DNA of 63,992 nucleotides, filler included, from Hyphochytrium catenoides (lineage: Eukaryota > Protista > Hyphochytriomycota): NCBI GenBank assembly GCA_900088475.1. It is 16 parts of 16 records of this genome, joined end to end, with 100 filler letters (N's around TTAATTAATTAA, not from the genome) between each part and the next. Parts side by side here need not be neighbours in the genome. Positions count along the whole stretch, not along the records: positions 62,172 to 63,992 come from FLMG01002379.1; 15 more parts are not named here. One strand, 5' to 3'. This document shows, piece after piece, positions 62,207-63,992 of this stretch; position 1 is the stretch's first letter; each line of letters opens with the position of its first letter. A program made the translations under genes and the position numbers. The notes beneath the pieces are model-generated. The model ran no database searches, was not told the DNA's origin, and was given only the letters and a program-made list of their open reading frames with translations.

Positions 62207-63065
62207 CCTGCTGCCCTAACCTGCTGCCCTAAACTGCTGCCCTAAACTGCTGCCCTAAACTGCTGCCCTAAACTGCTGCCCTAAACTGCTGCCCTAAACT
62301 GCTGTCCTCAACTGCTGCCCTAACCCCAACCCTAACCTGCTGCCCCGATCCTAACTTGCTGCCCTAAGCCTAAACCCCCGCCCTTACCCGCTGTCCTAAC
62401 CCGCTGCCCTAGCCTGCTGCTCTTATCAGCTGCCCTAAACCGCTGCCCTACCCCGCTGCACTAATCCGCTGCCATATTTGCCGCTGCCCTAACTCTACCC
62501 GCTGCTCTATCCTGCCCGCTGCCCTAACCCTGCCCGCCGCCGTAACCCTATCCGCTGCTCTTTTTGTAGCCCTTCGCTCTTTGTTTAATCCACCAATGCT
62601 TTTTCTAGCTCGCTTTCTTTTCATGTGCGCCTACCTTTTCTCTATCCTGCTGCCTTTCCAATCCCCACTGTCTTTCTCTTATGCGCTAACGCCTTTTCTA
62701 GTTCACTTTCGTTTCTCTACACAGCTAACCTTTTATCTATTCTGTTACCCTTTCCATAACCCGCTGTCCTCTCTCTATCTCGCTCGCTTTCAGCAGCCCG
62801 CTTCCCTCTTCTTAACCCGATGACCTTTCCCTAGACCACCCTCCCTTTTCCCAGCCCCGCTTCCCTCTCTAAGCCGCTGACGCCCTAACCCACCTGCCCT
62901 TATCCCAACCCCGGTGACCTTTCCCTAACCCGCTGACCTTTCCCTAACCTACCTGCCCTTTCCCAACCCCGCTGCCCTTTCCGTAACCCGCTGAACTTTC
63001 CCTAATCTACTGTCCTTTCCCTAACCCGCTGCGCTTTCATTAACCCGGCCCTTTCCCCAACCCAT
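62201..63065 (+). repeat. Subtelomeric telomere-derived satellites: 13-mer CCCTAA(A/C)CTGCTG array (to ~62560) and ~19-20-mer (C)CCTTTCCCTAACCCGCTG array (~62745-63065)
   Basis: Read directly; the units decay with distance from the end. Confidence 0.88.
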
Positions 63066-63992
63066 TACGCCTTTATTAGCATGCTGCCTCTCTTCTTAAA
63101 AAACCGGTGTCGTAGTTCTAGCCCGCCGGCGTTTTCTTCTTCGGTTGCCCTTAGCGTAACAATTGCCCTAACCCTACCCGCTATACTCCAAAACATCCGT
63201 TCGACATTCTCTTCTTCACCCTATACCTACCACCTCTTCATAATACTTATCTTTTTGGACCTCTTTGCTAAAACCTCTGACACATCTTTGTTATCCTCCA
63301 TCTAAACAGCAATATTTTCGTTTTCCCTGTTATATATAGGGGATGATAGCTACTACTACTAATAACTAAGAAGAACTAAAAGAGGAAGAAGGAGAAGAAG
63401 AACACGAGATGAGAGCTACAAAGCCCTGGACTCTACAACGCGTTCTCCTCCACCCCCCTCACCATCAATGTTGGGAAAGGAAGAAGAATCATAGTTAGAA
63501 CTCTTCCTCCTTTTTCCTGTTGTCTCCATCTGGTAGCGCCATCATGAAGTAGTCGCTCAAGCGTCATGGGAAGCTTCACTTGACGATTAACAAAGCTCAC
63601 CATTGTCTTTGTCATTCTTCCGTCATGCGATCGACATTGCGTGCAAGCATAGTAGCAAGACGCTCATAATCATTGGCCCCTAGTTGTTCCCATTAACAGC
63701 ATAGGTAACTTTTGCGATTAGGTAATGTCAGCAGCAGATGCTGCATGATCGAGGGTTAGATAGCTTGTCTTTACTTAGATGGCGAACTCTTACTTGTGTA
63801 GACAAGTGTGCAGAGAAAGACTTCGCACGTGTGAGAAGTCAAAGACCCAGGAGGAGAGGCCAATGGAACGTTTCTGTTTTCTTTAGTACTCGCTCGCTTC
63901 TCATCGCCAGTTCCTGAGCAGAAGACGCAGCAGTGCATCATCTGTAAGGAATGGGACTGTGGTCTTAAGGGGAAAATCTATTAATGAATGTG

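Noticed and set aside
63500-63992. Retroelement ORF next to the telomere (YLDG; CIICKEWDC)
   Set aside because: Isolated motifs in stop-riddled frames; cannot be supported.
1-63992. Alternative genetic code or prokaryotic defence system
   Set aside because: Long ORFs and spliced genes read cleanly in the standard code; there are no operons, cas genes or repeat-spacer arrays.

Overview
This is eukaryotic DNA, probably non-animal: GT-AG introns rich in CT/AG microsatellites, standard code, TTAGGG telomeres. It is not one locus. About 16 small scaffolds are joined by artificial 100-nt linkers (N44-TTAATTAATTAA-N44), so adjacency across a linker means nothing. Recognisable host genes or fragments: a protein with two C-terminal Ig domains, a TMEM39 homologue, two 7TM-RGS paralogues, a Rab8/Sec4-type GTPase, TatD, a CBM20 (DPE2-like) N-terminus, an INO80-like protein and an NTA1-like nitrilase-family amidase. 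Mobile DNA: Ty1/copia fragments and LTRs, tandem CRE-type non-LTR retrotransposons, a CACTG/EnSpm transposon, and an intact Mutator/NOF-type transposase-like ORF. The last scaffold is a chromosome end. Most notable: (i) an 11.3-kb inverted pair of 7TM-RGS genes, with near-identical exons but unalignable introns, bracketing an intact transposase-like ORF with substituted catalytic motifs; (ii) an open INO80 paralogue with all visible ATPase motifs degenerate; (iii) a non-canonical tRNA-like Pol III unit inside a copia cluster; (iv) an intronless orphan polytopic membrane protein. All family assignments come from motif recognition by eye, not from database searches.
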